Positions 58,991 to 60,490 of a DNA stretch of 60,490 bases are shown here, piece after piece. Where the stretch lies: the NCBI GenBank assembly GCA_013115125.1, contig JABANN010000153.1:1-60490 (forward strand), written 5' to 3'. Below the pieces are notes generated by a model. It did no database searches and was not told the origin of the DNA. It saw only the letters and a list, made by a program, of their open reading frames with translations. Positions within the stretch are counted from its first letter, which is position 1. Every line of letters starts with the position of its first letter. A program made the position numbers and the translations under genes. This DNA comes from Perkinsus olseni (lineage: Eukaryota).

Positions 58991-60490
58991 GTGGGCTGGG
59001 CGTAGGCTGTGGTGAGGGGTGGTTGGGGTTGTCGTTGGCGTCGGCGTTAGCATCGATGCGAGCAGGAACAACGAAGCCGAGAGAGTAGAGGTCGTTCACG
59101 ACTTGATGGTAGCTTGAAGCCTCGGCGCTGTTGAGTCTGGCCATGACAGTAGAATCCCTCTTGATCGCAGCACCATTGTTGATGGGGGATGGCCTCGAGT
59201 CATCCCGCCACGGGACCTTGCAGTGCAACCTGCCGCGAGGAGCTGTCTCTGAGGGGGGGTCGATGGAGAAGTGAAAGAAGTCATCTTCAGACTTGGGAGA
59301 GTCCTCGCGACCGGCGAACTGTGCCCGAAAGGCGTCGATGGTTTGAGACCGGGTGAGACCCTTGATGATGCCGGAGCCTTCTTCCCGTGGTTCGGGAAAG
59401 AAGGATAGAGCCAGTGTTTCCCAAACATCGGTAGGGAGAGAAATGGTGTTGGGGTGAGTGTCGTCGTCATTAATGCTGGCAGCCGTGACCTCGCCGACCT
59501 TCGTCTGGGGAGCCATGATGTTGCAGAGCTCCGCGACAGCGCTATGGAGTATCGGTGACCGTGATGGATCGGCAAAAGGCTTGGGTACGCTCATCATTGG
59601 GATCGGTGGGCCGCTCTGATTGTCGCCGAAGGTGATGTAGTTATCGTGTAGGTGCCAGATGGCCTTTAGCCGACGAAGGAGTCCCACGGATAGTATCAGT
59701 CGATGAGCGCAGCCGTCAAGCACGTAGAGGTCTTCGGTGCAGTGAAAGCCATTGGAGGAGGATATAGGGACAGCCTTCGCCACACCACGAACAGTGGTCT
59801 CGGAGAGGTCGGCCAAGCGGATGCGAAGGTCGGCTTTGATGATGGTGAGGTTGAGAGATGCTGCTGCGCAACTGCTGACCACGGATACAGCTGCTCCAGA
59901 GTCGACAAGGGCCGGTATGTGGTTGACGGAGTGGTTGATGTGAAGATTGATGAAACTTAGTGGTGGAGTATCAGTGGCCGGTGACGAACTCGACGAGCAG
60001 GTGGCTGATACTGCGGCCGCGACAGGTGCGGCGCAGGGTCGAAAACGACGGCATGCTCGAGCAGCATGGTTCGCTTTGCCGCAACGCTCGCAGTTGCGAC
60101 CGCGGTAGTTGTCGTGACCAGTAGGGCAGTGCAATGAGTGGTGGTGGAGTAGACCGCAGTAGTAGCATCTCTCGTCTTTCCTTGTGAGATCCTCACAACA
60201 CGCTATGGTGTCATGGGACTCGGAAAGACATCGTTGGCACCGACTGGAGAGTATTTTGACATTGTATTCGTTGTTGAGGATGGCCGCGTCGTCTCTCACT
60301 CTTTGCCGGTAGGGCGTTGATGGCCTGGTGGGGCGGGTCTTCTTGTCGCTCTTCTGTCGAGATCCTTCAGTCGTAGTGGTGGATGATGTAGCGATTGCTT
60401 GTTGGGTGGAGAGCGCTGGGGATGGCGAGGTCGACAATGCAACGTTGTTGACGGCAGCTGTGTCACTGGTAGGAGGAGAGGATTGCCAGT
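58968..60490 (-). pseudogene. Retrotransposon gag (CCHC x3) + aspartic protease + RT N-terminus
   Basis: CQRCLSESHDTIAC, CYYCGLLHHHSLHC, CERCGKANHAARAC; ALVDSGAAVSVVS; HCKVPWRDD...YHQVVNDLYSLGFV. The frame is lost near 58980-59000. Confidence 0.9.

Larger units (their letters stand above)
55548..60490 (-). mobile_element. LTR retrotransposon internal region (gag-PR-RT-RNaseH-IN), Bel/Pao-like RT/RH, two frameshifts; 5' end outside window
   Basis: Three CCHC knuckles, protease ALVDSGA, RT motifs (FPVFRECSKTSKTRLVLDC, DISKAYHQI, YVDD), TRRQLFSLCQGLYDPLG, RNaseH FTDAS..IPKKEL..CDSE..NPAD, and integrase HHCC plus DHAGP/DAGS/YERGH. A possible PPT/LTR boundary (CCCGGGAG-TGTGTCA on minus) lies near 55550. 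Confidence 0.93.

Overview
Gene-dense eukaryotic DNA with many short (mostly about 40-60 nt) GT-AG introns, most consistent with an alveolate such as Perkinsus (inferred from gene structure and content, not verified). Genes form three same-strand blocks. Block 1 (+, 1-18.7 kb): EML-like WD40 protein, SLC12 cation-chloride cotransporter #1, DUF3431-like protein, SLC35B4-like nucleotide-sugar transporter, EF-hand protein and SEC23. Block 2 (-, 19.4-32.8 kb): EF-hand protein, SLC12 #2, Myb/SANT-like protein and an MRH+PA lectin-like protein. Block 3 (+, 33.6-53.7 kb): TPPP/p25-like protein, an Ig-like membrane protein with a J-like tail, hypothetical proteins, ORC5 and small proteins. The window ends in a frameshifted LTR retrotransposon with a Bel/Pao-type RT-RNaseH and Gypsy-like protease and integrase. 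The most unusual signal is a ~1.7 kb insertion in an SLC12 #2 intron whose ends are packed with chained perfect inverted repeats, mostly with 1-nt spacers, around a decayed unknown ORF. The same palindrome signature appears as a fully reconstructable 41-nt templated insertion that breaks the retrotransposon RT. Exon boundaries were read by eye and are approximate.
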